From a virus (Duplodnaviria > Heunggongvirae > Uroviricota > Caudoviricetes), in the IMG/VR virus record IMGVR_UViG_2651869755_000020: DNA of 18,083 nt; one strand, 5' to 3'. The notes beneath the pieces were generated by a model. That model made no database searches and was not told where the DNA came from. It saw only the letters and a program-made list of their open reading frames with translations. The stretch's first letter is position 1. Every line of letters starts with the position of its first letter. The position numbers and the translations under genes were made by a program. Of this stretch, positions 6,638 to 14,768 are shown one piece after another.

Positions 6638-9600
6638 ATGTCGGGACAGTTTTCAGTCGGCGTTGTTATCGGCGGGATGATTGGCAGCACATTCCGTTCT
6701 GCAATGAGCGGTACCCGCCGTGCGCTTGATTCCCTGAGCGATACCTCACGCCGCCTGCAGGAACGTCAGAACGCTTTAACCCGTGCAACAGAACGTTATG
6801 GTCAACTGGGTTCTTCCCGGATGCAGCATCTCAACAGCGAGCTGCTGCGGGTAAGCCGCACCATGGAGCAAATTGAGCGCCAGCAGCGCCGTCTGTCAGC
6901 GGCATCCGCTACCAGTGATGCGCTGAAAGCTAACCGCATGGCGCTGTATGGTCAGGGGATTGAAGCGTATGGCATGGCACAGACTGTTTATCATACGGTT
7001 TCCCCTGCCGTTCAGCAGTCCATGTCTTTTCAGGACAAAATGATTGATATGTCGATCACCGCAAAATATGACAATAAAACGCGGGATGCACTTGCCGGAC
7101 AGATAAAAGGCTGGGCGCTTAAATACAATCAGTATCAGGATGAGCTGCAGGAGGCGGTGGGTTCACTCATCAGCGACAATATTGATAATGTGTCAGATAT
7201 CGGTTTTCTGATGCCGGATATTGCCCGCGCGGCAACGGCAACACGCACGTCTGCTCAGGACTGGGCAAAAGTGGCCGCAGTCTGGCAAAACTCCCTGAAA
7301 GGTGCGGCCAGAGATTTTGGTGCCGTTCAGAATATTATGGCTTATGCCGGTGACCAGGGGTCATTTGAAATCCCGGATCAGGTCAAGTGGATGCAGTCCC
7401 TGGCCCCAATGATGGCGGGTCTTGCCAGTGGAAAAGAGGCTGTTGCTGAAATCGGGGCCAGTCTCCAGATAGCAAAAATCGGTGCAGGTTCCACCGACGA
7501 AGCAGCCAATAATTTTAAAAACTTTCTTACCAAAATTTTTGCCCGCGATACTCAGAAACAGTTTGCTGATCTGGGTATTGATTTGCAGGGATCTATTGCG
7601 AGTTATAAAGCTGCGGGGATCTCTCCGATTGAAGGGATGTTGAGTGTTATAGAACGTTACCTCAATGCCAAAAGCCCCGAAGCGCTGGCCGGCTTCAAAT
7701 CAGCCATGAAAATAAAGAATGATACGGCAAGAGATGAGGCACTTCAGGCTCTGGCGAAAAACTTTGGTCTGGGCGATATGTTCGCGGATATGCAGGTCAT
7801 GGCATTTATCCGCCCGATGCTGGCCAACATGGACAGATATCGAGAGATCCGTGCCGGTGCTCTCAGGGCTGCGGATAACGATTTGCTTGCCAGTGCTTAT
7901 GATCAGCGGCTGAAATCTCCCCTTGAAGCCACTAAAACACTTATGGTCAGCAGTCGCGATCTGGCAATTACGCTGGGCGATCAATTAGCTCCATCTTTTA
8001 TTTCTCTGACTCAGGAACTGCTCCCACTCATTCAGGGGACAAAACACTGGGTAGCGACTCACCCGCAATTTGTCAGTGGGGCTTTTAAGCTCATCAGTGC
8101 GCTCCTTGCGATTAAGATAGCGACTATTGGTCTCAAACTGGGGCTGAATCTCCTTATTTCCCCCTTTGTGAACGTCTGGAAAACTACTGTTTTACTCCGG
8201 ACCAACTGGCATCGACTGACTACCGCACTCGGAGAAGGTGGCAAATTACGCTGGCTTGTCACTGGATTCAGCCGACTGACCAGCGGAGGACTGAAACTCA
8301 GCAAAGTTCTGGCGGGCAGCCTCGTTCGCGGTTTTATGAGCGCTGCACGTGCCGTTCTCTGGATTGGGCGAGCGCTGATGATGAATCCCATCGGTCTCGT
8401 TATCACCGCTGTCGCGACAGCAGCTTACCTTATCTACCGCAACTGGGGGGCTGTCAGTGGTTGGTTTAAACAGCGCTGGGCTGACATTCAGGAAGCCTTT
8501 AACGGCGGCATTGTGGGAATTGGTAAGTTGCTGATTAACTGGTCGCCGGCAGGCCTGCTCTATAAAGCCTTTGCGGCTGCGCTGAAATATTTCGGCGTTG
8601 CTCTGCCGGCAAAGTTCACCGACTTCGGTGGCCATCTTATCGACGGTCTGATTAACGGTATCAAAAGCAAATGGGGGTCGCTCAAATCCAGTGTAACCGG
8701 AATGGGTGACAGCATCAGTAGCTGGTTTAAACAGCGCTGGGCTGACATTCAGGAAGCCTTTAACGGCGGCATTGTGGGAATTGGTAAGTTGCTGATTAAC
8801 TGGTCGCCGGCAGGCCTGCTCTATAAAGCCTTTGCGGCTGCGCTGAAATATTTCGGCGTTGCTCTGCCGGCAAAGTTCACCGACTTCGGTGGCCATCTTA
8901 TCGACGGTCTGATTAACGGTATCAAAAACAAATGGGGGTCGCTCAAATCCAGTGTAACCGGAATGGGTGACAGCATCAGTAGCTGGTTTAAACAGTGCTG
9001 GGCTGACATTCAGGAAGCCTTTAACGGCGGTATCGCGGGAACTGGTAAGCTGCTGATTAACTGGTCGCCGGCAGGTCTGCTCTATAAAGCCTTTGCAGCT
9101 GCGCTGAAATATCTTGGTGTTGATCTGCCGGCAAAGTTCACCGACTTCGGTGGCCATCTTGTCGACGGTCTGATTAACGGTATCAAAAACAAATGGGAGT
9201 CGCTCAAATCCAGTGTAACCGGAATGGGTGACAGCATCAGTGGCTGGTTCAGCGAAAAGCTGGGCATTCATTCGCCGAGCCGCGTGTTTATGGGCTTTGG
9301 TGACAATATCGCGCAGGGGGCCGCCATTGGCCTGCAGCGGACCACTCCGCTTGCAGCTCTGGCCGGGCAGCGAATGGCCAGTGAACTGCTCCCCAGAATG
9401 CCCGTGAGCATTCAGGGGCCAGAAATACGGGATAACACTTCAGGTGTTCGCTTCAGTATGCCGTTGCCCGATATCAATGGGTTTATGTCGTCTGCTAAAA
9501 ATGCGATCGGAGCCGTAATCAATAGTTTGTCTTCCATGCCCGTTATTCCGCTCTCCACCCGGGCATCGATTTTACCAGGGCAACGTCTGGCAAATGAGAT

Positions 9601-9850
9601 GACACCGGATGTTCCCCGTATCCCCTCGCCTGAAATCCTGGCTGCCGGATATTCAGGCCGTGGTGCAGCTGCAACCGGCGGTGGAACGTCTGGTGGTATC
9701 CAGGTCAGCTTTAATCCTCAGTTTTTCCTCAATGGCAGGGAAACCACAGCGCCTGCAGGACTGACTGGTGCCCTGAATATGAGTCTGCATGAGCTGGAAA
9801 AAATGCTGGAGCGTCTGCTGGCTCAGAAACAACGTAAGGAGTACCGCTGA
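6638..9850 (+). CDS. tail tape measure protein
   Basis: 1070-aa ORF with GGAGG RBS, the largest gene, directly downstream of the chaperone pair. Has a long helical N-terminal half and internal tandem repeats. Start of the downstream gene overlaps its stop. Confidence 0.9.
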   Translation: MSGQFSVGVVIGGMIGSTFRSAMSGTRRALDSLSDTSRRLQERQNALTRATERYGQLGSSRMQHLNSELLRVSRTMEQIERQQRRLSAASATSDALKANRMALYGQGIEAYGMAQTVYHTVSPAVQQSMSFQDKMIDMSITAKYDNKTRDALAGQIKGWALKYNQYQDELQEAVGSLISDNIDNVSDIGFLMPDIARAATATRTSAQDWAKVAAVWQNSLKGAARDFGAVQNIMAYAGDQGSFEIPDQVKWMQSLAPMMAGLASGKEAVAEIGASLQIAKIGAGSTDEAANNFKNFLTKIFARDTQKQFADLGIDLQGSIASYKAAGISPIEGMLSVIERYLNAKSPEALAGFKSAMKIKNDTARDEALQALAKNFGLGDMFADMQVMAFIRPMLANMDRYREIRAGALRAADNDLLASAYDQRLKSPLEATKTLMVSSRDLAITLGDQLAPSFISLTQELLPLIQGTKHWVATHPQFVSGAFKLISALLAIKIATIGLKLGLNLLISPFVNVWKTTVLLRTNWHRLTTALGEGGKLRWLVTGFSRLTSGGLKLSKVLAGSLVRGFMSAARAVLWIGRALMMNPIGLVITAVATAAYLIYRNWGAVSGWFKQRWADIQEAFNGGIVGIGKLLINWSPAGLLYKAFAAALKYFGVALPAKFTDFGGHLIDGLINGIKSKWGSLKSSVTGMGDSISSWFKQRWADIQEAFNGGIVGIGKLLINWSPAGLLYKAFAAALKYFGVALPAKFTDFGGHLIDGLINGIKNKWGSLKSSVTGMGDSISSWFKQCWADIQEAFNGGIAGTGKLLINWSPAGLLYKAFAAALKYLGVDLPAKFTDFGGHLVDGLINGIKNKWESLKSSVTGMGDSISGWFSEKLGIHSPSRVFMGFGDNIAQGAAIGLQRTTPLAALAGQRMASELLPRMPVSIQGPEIRDNTSGVRFSMPLPDINGFMSSAKNAIGAVINSLSSMPVIPLSTRASILPGQRLANEMTPDVPRIPSPEILAAGYSGRGAAATGGGTSGGIQVSFNPQFFLNGRETTAPAGLTGALNMSLHELEKMLERLLAQKQRKEYR
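8462..9244 (+). repeat. three tandem 261-bp (87-codon) in-frame repeats inside the tape measure gene
   Basis: Unit begins TGGTTTAAACAGCGCTGGGCTGACATTCAGGAAGCC at 8462, 8723 and 8984. Copies 1 and 2 differ at a single base (AAAAGC vs AAAAAC). Copy 3 carries about a dozen substitutions. Confidence 0.9.
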
Positions 9851-10734
9851 TGTTTGCCGTACTGGGTGATATTGAGTTTGAGCTGATTACCTACTGGGAC
9901 GGCTTCGAGGCCACGTTCGGCGTCGATTATGCGGAGCATGCCCGCATCGGGGGTAAGCCTGGCCTGCAGTTCGTCGGCGACAGGCTGGACGAAATCCAGA
10001 TAACTCTGGTTTTCCATCAGCATTATTGTGTACCCGATGTGGAGCTGGCGAGACTGCGAACAGCCATGAAAGCCCATCAGGCACTGGCGCTGGTCTTCGG
10101 CAACGGTGACTATCGCGGCTGGTTCGTGATTACCGATGTGACTGCAACCAGCGAGCAGACTGACAGTACCGGCAACGTGCTGGCTGTCAGTGCCACCGTG
10201 TCTCTCCGGGAATACACCGGTGACCCGAAAAATCCTCTGCAACCACCGGCAATACGCACGAAGCTCCCGGGTGTCGGGGCGGTCTCCGGTGCCATTCCTT
10301 CACCTTCCGGGGTGGCGCAGTTCATCCGCAACGGCGTCAACTATGCGAAACAGGCGCAGTCTGTACTCCAGACCACTATCAGCGCCGTTCGAGTGACACA
10401 GAAAATGAAGGATAACCCCGTTGTCGCACTGACCCGTGTGCCGGGGCTGATGAGCGGACTGGGTAATATCTCCGGGGCTCTGGGGAAAAGTGTTCCGGCG
10501 TTTAACGCACTCTCTGAATCCATGCCCGATGCCATCAGTCTGGCCAGAACAGCCAGCGAAGCAGCCACGTATGTACAGCAGGCACAGTCTGCGCTGAGTG
10601 GTGTGGACAAAAGAAATATTGCAGGTGCTCTGGATACCGTTTCCGGGCAGCTTAACGCCGTCGGAACAGCATTCAACCGCATGTCTCCGGGATTAAGTGC
10701 AATGGCCGCCAGAATACTGACGAGGAGTGTGTGA
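9850..10734 (+). CDS. tail protein with P2 gpU-like N-terminal domain (Mu gpN / DNA-circularisation protein position)
   Basis: 294-aa ORF with start overlapping the TMP stop. N-terminus (MFAVLGDIEFEL...GKPGLQFVGDRLDEIQITLVFH...GNGDYRGWFVITDV...SLREY) follows the gpU family pattern as I recall it. Sits immediately after the tape measure gene as in Mu. Confidence 0.6.
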   Translation: MFAVLGDIEFELITYWDGFEATFGVDYAEHARIGGKPGLQFVGDRLDEIQITLVFHQHYCVPDVELARLRTAMKAHQALALVFGNGDYRGWFVITDVTATSEQTDSTGNVLAVSATVSLREYTGDPKNPLQPPAIRTKLPGVGAVSGAIPSPSGVAQFIRNGVNYAKQAQSVLQTTISAVRVTQKMKDNPVVALTRVPGLMSGLGNISGALGKSVPAFNALSESMPDAISLARTASEAATYVQQAQSALSGVDKRNIAGALDTVSGQLNAVGTAFNRMSPGLSAMAARILTRSV

Positions 10735-10946
10735 TGTTTCTTGAACATGTTACCCGTGACGGAGAGCGCTGGGATTCGCTGGCATGGCAGTACTACGGTG
10801 ACCCGCTGGGCTATCCCCGGATTATTGCCGCCAATCCGCACGTGGCCATCACGCCGGTGCTGCCCTCCGGGCTGTTGTTACTGATCCCGGTGATTGAGGC
10901 TGAAGAAGCCCGTACAGAAGAGGATATTGCCCCATGGCTGAGATAA
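10731..10946 (+). CDS. tail protein X-like small protein (LysM-like fold family)
   Basis: 71-aa ORF with GAGGAG RBS and ATGA overlap with the upstream stop. Sequence (RWDSLAWQYYGDPLGYPRIIAANPHVA...LPSGLLLLIP) resembles P2 gpX-type proteins that precede gpD homologues. Confidence 0.55.
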   Translation: MMFLEHVTRDGERWDSLAWQYYGDPLGYPRIIAANPHVAITPVLPSGLLLLIPVIEAEEARTEEDIAPWLR

Positions 10947-12106
10947 ACAGCACTGCGCAAGTCACATCAGCGTTAACCGGCGTCAGCGATGTGCTGACAC
11001 CGGTGTTCACTCTGTGGTATCTGCAGAAAAACATCACCTCTGATATCGCGCCTTATGTCACCCGTGTGACCTGGAGCGATAACATCAAAAATGAGTCCGA
11101 TACCATTGAGGTGGAGCTGGACGACACCGATGGCCGCTGGCTGGATAAGTGGTATCCGGGCAAGGGTGACACGCTGACGCTGAAAATGGGCTATCAGGAC
11201 GAGAAGCTGCTGTCCTGCGGTACGTTCTCTATAGACGAGATCGAAGTGAGTTCGCCCGCTTCCGTTGTTTCTATCCGTGGGGTGGCCACCTCGGTTAACA
11301 GTGCCCTGCGGACTAAAACCAGTCGTGGTTTTGAGAACACCACGCTGGCAGCTGTTGCGGGGCGGATTGCCAGAAAGCACCGGCTGAAACTGGTGGGCAG
11401 CATTGAGTCCATCAGAATCGACCGGGTGACCCAGTATGCTGAAACCGACGTGGGTTTTCTGCGCCGGCTGGCCAGCGAGTATGGTTATGCAGTGAAAGTG
11501 GTCAGTGACCAGCTGATTTTTTCTCATCTGGCCACACTGCGCAGTCAGGAGCCGGTCAGGCAGTTAAAACCGCAGGATGTGGCCCGCTTTTCCCTGCGTG
11601 ACACCATCAACCGGGTCTATAAATCTGCAAAGGTAAAACACCAGAAAAGCAGCAGTAAAAAACTGATCGTCTACGAAGCTGATGGTGGTACCCGTGAAAG
11701 CGACAAAAAGCTCAAAGGTGGTAAGGTTACCAGCGCTGACTCACTTAAAGTTAACAGCCGCGTCAGCGACCCGGACAGTGCCCGGATTAAAGCGGATTCA
11801 GCACTGGCCAGACATAACGAATACCAGCAGAACGGCTCCCTGACGCTGACGGGAACACCTCAACTGACAGCAGGCAACAAAATTGAACTGGTGGGTTTTG
11901 GGCAGTTATCCGGGCCATGGCTCATAACCACTGCCCGCCATGCGTTTGACCGTAACAGCGGCTACACCACAGAGCTGGAAGTGGCACGGGGGCCGATCAC
12001 ACAGGGCAAGGCGAAGAAAGGTAAAAAAATCGGCAAAACCCGGATGCTGACCATCTATAAACCGGACGGCAGCACGTCCACAGTAATAAGAGAGAAGAAA
12101 AAATGA
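10934..12106 (+). CDS. tail/baseplate hub protein, P2 gpD-like (Mu gpP position)
   Basis: 390-aa ORF following the X-like gene and preceding the spike gene. Lys-rich C-terminus. Order X-D-V-W-J-I matches Mu/P2-type baseplate modules. Confidence 0.65.
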   Translation: MAEINSTAQVTSALTGVSDVLTPVFTLWYLQKNITSDIAPYVTRVTWSDNIKNESDTIEVELDDTDGRWLDKWYPGKGDTLTLKMGYQDEKLLSCGTFSIDEIEVSSPASVVSIRGVATSVNSALRTKTSRGFENTTLAAVAGRIARKHRLKLVGSIESIRIDRVTQYAETDVGFLRRLASEYGYAVKVVSDQLIFSHLATLRSQEPVRQLKPQDVARFSLRDTINRVYKSAKVKHQKSSSKKLIVYEADGGTRESDKKLKGGKVTSADSLKVNSRVSDPDSARIKADSALARHNEYQQNGSLTLTGTPQLTAGNKIELVGFGQLSGPWLITTARHAFDRNSGYTTELEVARGPITQGKAKKGKKIGKTRMLTIYKPDGSTSTVIREKKK

Positions 12107-12699
12107 CTGGTGTCACTCGTCAGGTCGGTACGGTCAGTGCCGTTGATGCCGACAGGGTTCAGGCCCGCGTTCGTCTGCCTGAATGCGATAACCTGCGCAC
12201 AAACTGGCTTAACGTGCTGCAGCGCAATACCCAGGATAACAAAGATTACTGGCTCCCTGACGTGGGGGAGCAGGTTGAGGTGCTGCTCGATGCCAACGGC
12301 GAGGATGGTGTTATTCTGGGCGCGGTGTATTCAGACGTCGATAAACCACCGTTCAGTGACAAAAATATCCGGGGAACCCGGTTTGCTGATGGTGCAGAGT
12401 ACAGCTACAACCGGAAGACGCACACTCTGATCATCCGGGGCGGCATTGAGCATATTGTCATTGAGTGTGGTGCTGATGTGGTATTGAAAACACAGAAAGC
12501 CACGATTGACGCACCGGAAACCGAACTTACCGGAGATCTGCGTGTCAGGGGTAAGCTGATTTACGAAGGAGGCATGGCGGGTTCTGGTGGTGAAGGTGTT
12601 ACCGCGACCATCCATGGCAATATCGAGATTAAAGGGAATGCCCATGCCACGGGCAGTATGTTGTCTGATGGCGAAAACTCCAGCCACCACTCCCACTGA
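12103..12699 (+). CDS. baseplate spike / assembly protein V-like (Mu gp45 position)
   Basis: 198-aa ORF with start overlapping the upstream stop. Size and sequence character (OB-fold-like N-terminus, Gly-rich C-terminal tip ending SSHHSH) fit gpV-type central spike proteins. Confidence 0.7.
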   Translation: MTGVTRQVGTVSAVDADRVQARVRLPECDNLRTNWLNVLQRNTQDNKDYWLPDVGEQVEVLLDANGEDGVILGAVYSDVDKPPFSDKNIRGTRFADGAEYSYNRKTHTLIIRGGIEHIVIECGADVVLKTQKATIDAPETELTGDLRVRGKLIYEGGMAGSGGEGVTATIHGNIEIKGNAHATGSMLSDGENSSHHSH

Positions 12700-12753
12700 G
12701 CTTTTTAAACGCCTTTAATATCAGCGTTCCCGCACGGGGGCAATACTGCCCCC

Positions 12754-13101
12754 ATGAAAACAACCTCAGTATTCTGGCAACCGACCCTGCAGGCTCCCGG
12801 CGAAATTGTCCGGGGGCTGGATGATATCCGGCAGGCGATTCAAATTATCCTGCGGACTCCCCGCGGCAGCGACCCGCATCGCCCGGAGTTCGGCAGCAAT
12901 CTGCATCTTTATATCGACTGGCCTGTAGACCGGGCCATTCCGCATGTGGTGCGCGAATCCGTCGATGCCATCCGACGCTGGGAGCCCCGCTGCCAGCTTA
13001 TGTCAGTTAAACCCGCCGTCGACGGCGAACATCTTACGCTCCGGGTGAGCTGGAAAGGCTCAGACGGACAGACCCGGACTCAGGAGTTGCTATGGCGCTG
13101 A
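12754..13101 (+). CDS. baseplate wedge protein, gpW / T4 gp25-like
   Basis: 115-aa ORF. Size and position between the spike and the J-like gene are typical of gp25/W lysozyme-fold baseplate proteins. Downstream gene overlaps its 3' end. Confidence 0.7.
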   Translation: MKTTSVFWQPTLQAPGEIVRGLDDIRQAIQIILRTPRGSDPHRPEFGSNLHLYIDWPVDRAIPHVVRESVDAIRRWEPRCQLMSVKPAVDGEHLTLRVSWKGSDGQTRTQELLWR

Positions 13102-14195
13102 CAGAACCCGATTTTATTGAACGCGATGCCGACAAAATCACGGCAGAAATGATTGCGAAGTATGAAGCGGATACCGGCAAAACGCTGTACCCGGCACAGG
13201 CAGAACGTCTGCTGATTGATCTGTGGGCCTATCGCGAAATGCTGGTCAGGGTTGCGGTACAGGAGGCAGCAAAGCAGAATCTGGTCGCCTTTTCACGAGA
13301 GCCGATGATTGATTACCTCGGAGAACTGGTTGGTGTATACCGCCTTGCCGCGCAGCCTGCCACCACCACACTTCAGTTCTCTGTGGATGAGGCACTGACC
13401 ATTGATGTGCTGATCCCGGCAGGCACCCGCGTCAGCGCTTCCGACAGCGTTATTTTTGCCACCGATACAGATGTGGTACTGAAGGCCGGATTGCTGCTGG
13501 TCAATGTCACGTCCACCTGTACCGAACCCGGTACCGCTGGTAACGGCTGGCAACCTGCGCAGGTCAGTCAGTTACTCGATGAGATTGATAACGTCGACCT
13601 GCTGGTGAGCAATCTGACGGCCAGTTCCGGCGGTTCAGAACAGGAAGACGATGACAGGCTCCGGGAGCGTATCAGGCTGGCCCCGGAGTCATTCACCAAT
13701 GCCGGAAGCCGTGGCGCATACCGCTTTCATGCCATGCAGGCCCATCCCAACATTGTCGATGTTGCTGTGCTTTCCCCGGTTCCCGGGACCGTAGATCTGT
13801 ATCCGCTGCTCAGTACCGGTCTGCCGGACGGCGGTGTTCTCACGCTGGTAGAGAGTTTCTGCTCTGATGAGAAAGTCAGGCCACTCACTGATACAGTGCG
13901 GGCTAAAACACCAGTGAAGGTGGATTACACCATTGAAGCCAGGATTACGATCTATCGTGATCAGGATGCCAGGTCTGTAAAAGATGCCGCTAACAGCGCC
14001 ATACAGAACTGGGTGGCATCACGTGCCGCCACGCTGGGGCGTGATATTGTCCCCAGCCAGATTATCAGTGCATTGTCCGTTTCCGGGGTGTACCAGGTTG
14101 AACTGGTGACACCGGCACTGAGGGTGGTGGCAGAAAACGAATGGGCAAACTGTACGGCGATCACACTTAACATGAGTGGAGTGTCTGATGACTGA
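13092..14195 (+). CDS. baseplate protein J-like (Mu gp47 position)
   Basis: 367-aa ORF with AGGAG RBS, overlapping the upstream and downstream genes. Size and position are typical of Baseplate_J family proteins. Confidence 0.75.
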   Translation: MALTEPDFIERDADKITAEMIAKYEADTGKTLYPAQAERLLIDLWAYREMLVRVAVQEAAKQNLVAFSREPMIDYLGELVGVYRLAAQPATTTLQFSVDEALTIDVLIPAGTRVSASDSVIFATDTDVVLKAGLLLVNVTSTCTEPGTAGNGWQPAQVSQLLDEIDNVDLLVSNLTASSGGSEQEDDDRLRERIRLAPESFTNAGSRGAYRFHAMQAHPNIVDVAVLSPVPGTVDLYPLLSTGLPDGGVLTLVESFCSDEKVRPLTDTVRAKTPVKVDYTIEARITIYRDQDARSVKDAANSAIQNWVASRAATLGRDIVPSQIISALSVSGVYQVELVTPALRVVAENEWANCTAITLNMSGVSDD

Positions 14196-14766
14196 GCCAT
14201 TACAACTCCCGCCACCGCTTGAGGGTGATATCAGTCTCAGGACGCTGGGAAGACTGGCAGGGCGGCTGGATAACATCGACCTGAGCGTACTGATGGTCTT
14301 TCTCGTCGATATCGTCGACAGTTCTGCGCTGCCATGGCTGGGCGAGCAGTTCTCACTGTCTGGCGATGGCTGGGAGCTGGCGGAATCGGACGATGTTCGC
14401 CGCATGCTTATAAAAGCAGCCATCGAACTACACCGGTATAAAGGGACGCCGTGGTCAATCCGGGAAGTTATCCGCCGTTTTGGCTTTGGTGAAGTGGATC
14501 TGATTGAAGGCACAGGTCGTCTCAGTTACGACGGCAATCGCAGCTATAACGGACTGTTTGTTCATGGAGATGCAGCCGCCTGGGCGGTTTATCGCGTTAT
14601 TCTGAAACAGCCCATTACTAACGATCAGGCCGCGATGCTGCGTCAGACGCTCGCTGCATTTGCACCGGCCCGCTGCCATCTGGCCAGCCTGGAGTATCAG
14701 TCTGTGGCCATTCGCTATAACAATACCGCCATCCATGATGGCAGTTATAACCACGGGAGCAGTTGA
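14188..14766 (+). CDS. baseplate/tail protein I-like (Mu gp48 position)
   Basis: ATG at 14188 (MTEPLQLPPPLEGD...) is in frame with the track ORF that begins at GTG 14176. It overlaps the upstream stop by 8 nt. 192 aa, immediately before the tail fiber gene as in P2 (I-H) and Mu (R-S). Confidence 0.65.
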   Translation: MTEPLQLPPPLEGDISLRTLGRLAGRLDNIDLSVLMVFLVDIVDSSALPWLGEQFSLSGDGWELAESDDVRRMLIKAAIELHRYKGTPWSIREVIRRFGFGEVDLIEGTGRLSYDGNRSYNGLFVHGDAAAWAVYRVILKQPITNDQAAMLRQTLAAFAPARCHLASLEYQSVAIRYNNTAIHDGSYNHGSS

Positions 14767-14768
14767 TT

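Noticed and set aside
8462-9244. CRISPR array
   Set aside because: The only regular tandem repeats (TMP 261-bp units, fiber repeats) are long, in-frame coding repeats without unique spacers, and no cas genes are present.
8246-9271. 341-aa reverse-strand ORF and three roughly 62-aa reverse ORFs (8560-8748, 8821-9009, 9082-9267) inside the tape measure gene
   Set aside because: They are the antisense image of the three 261-bp tandem repeats (the same peptide recurs three times), lie wholly inside a strongly supported forward gene, and have no RBS or operon logic.
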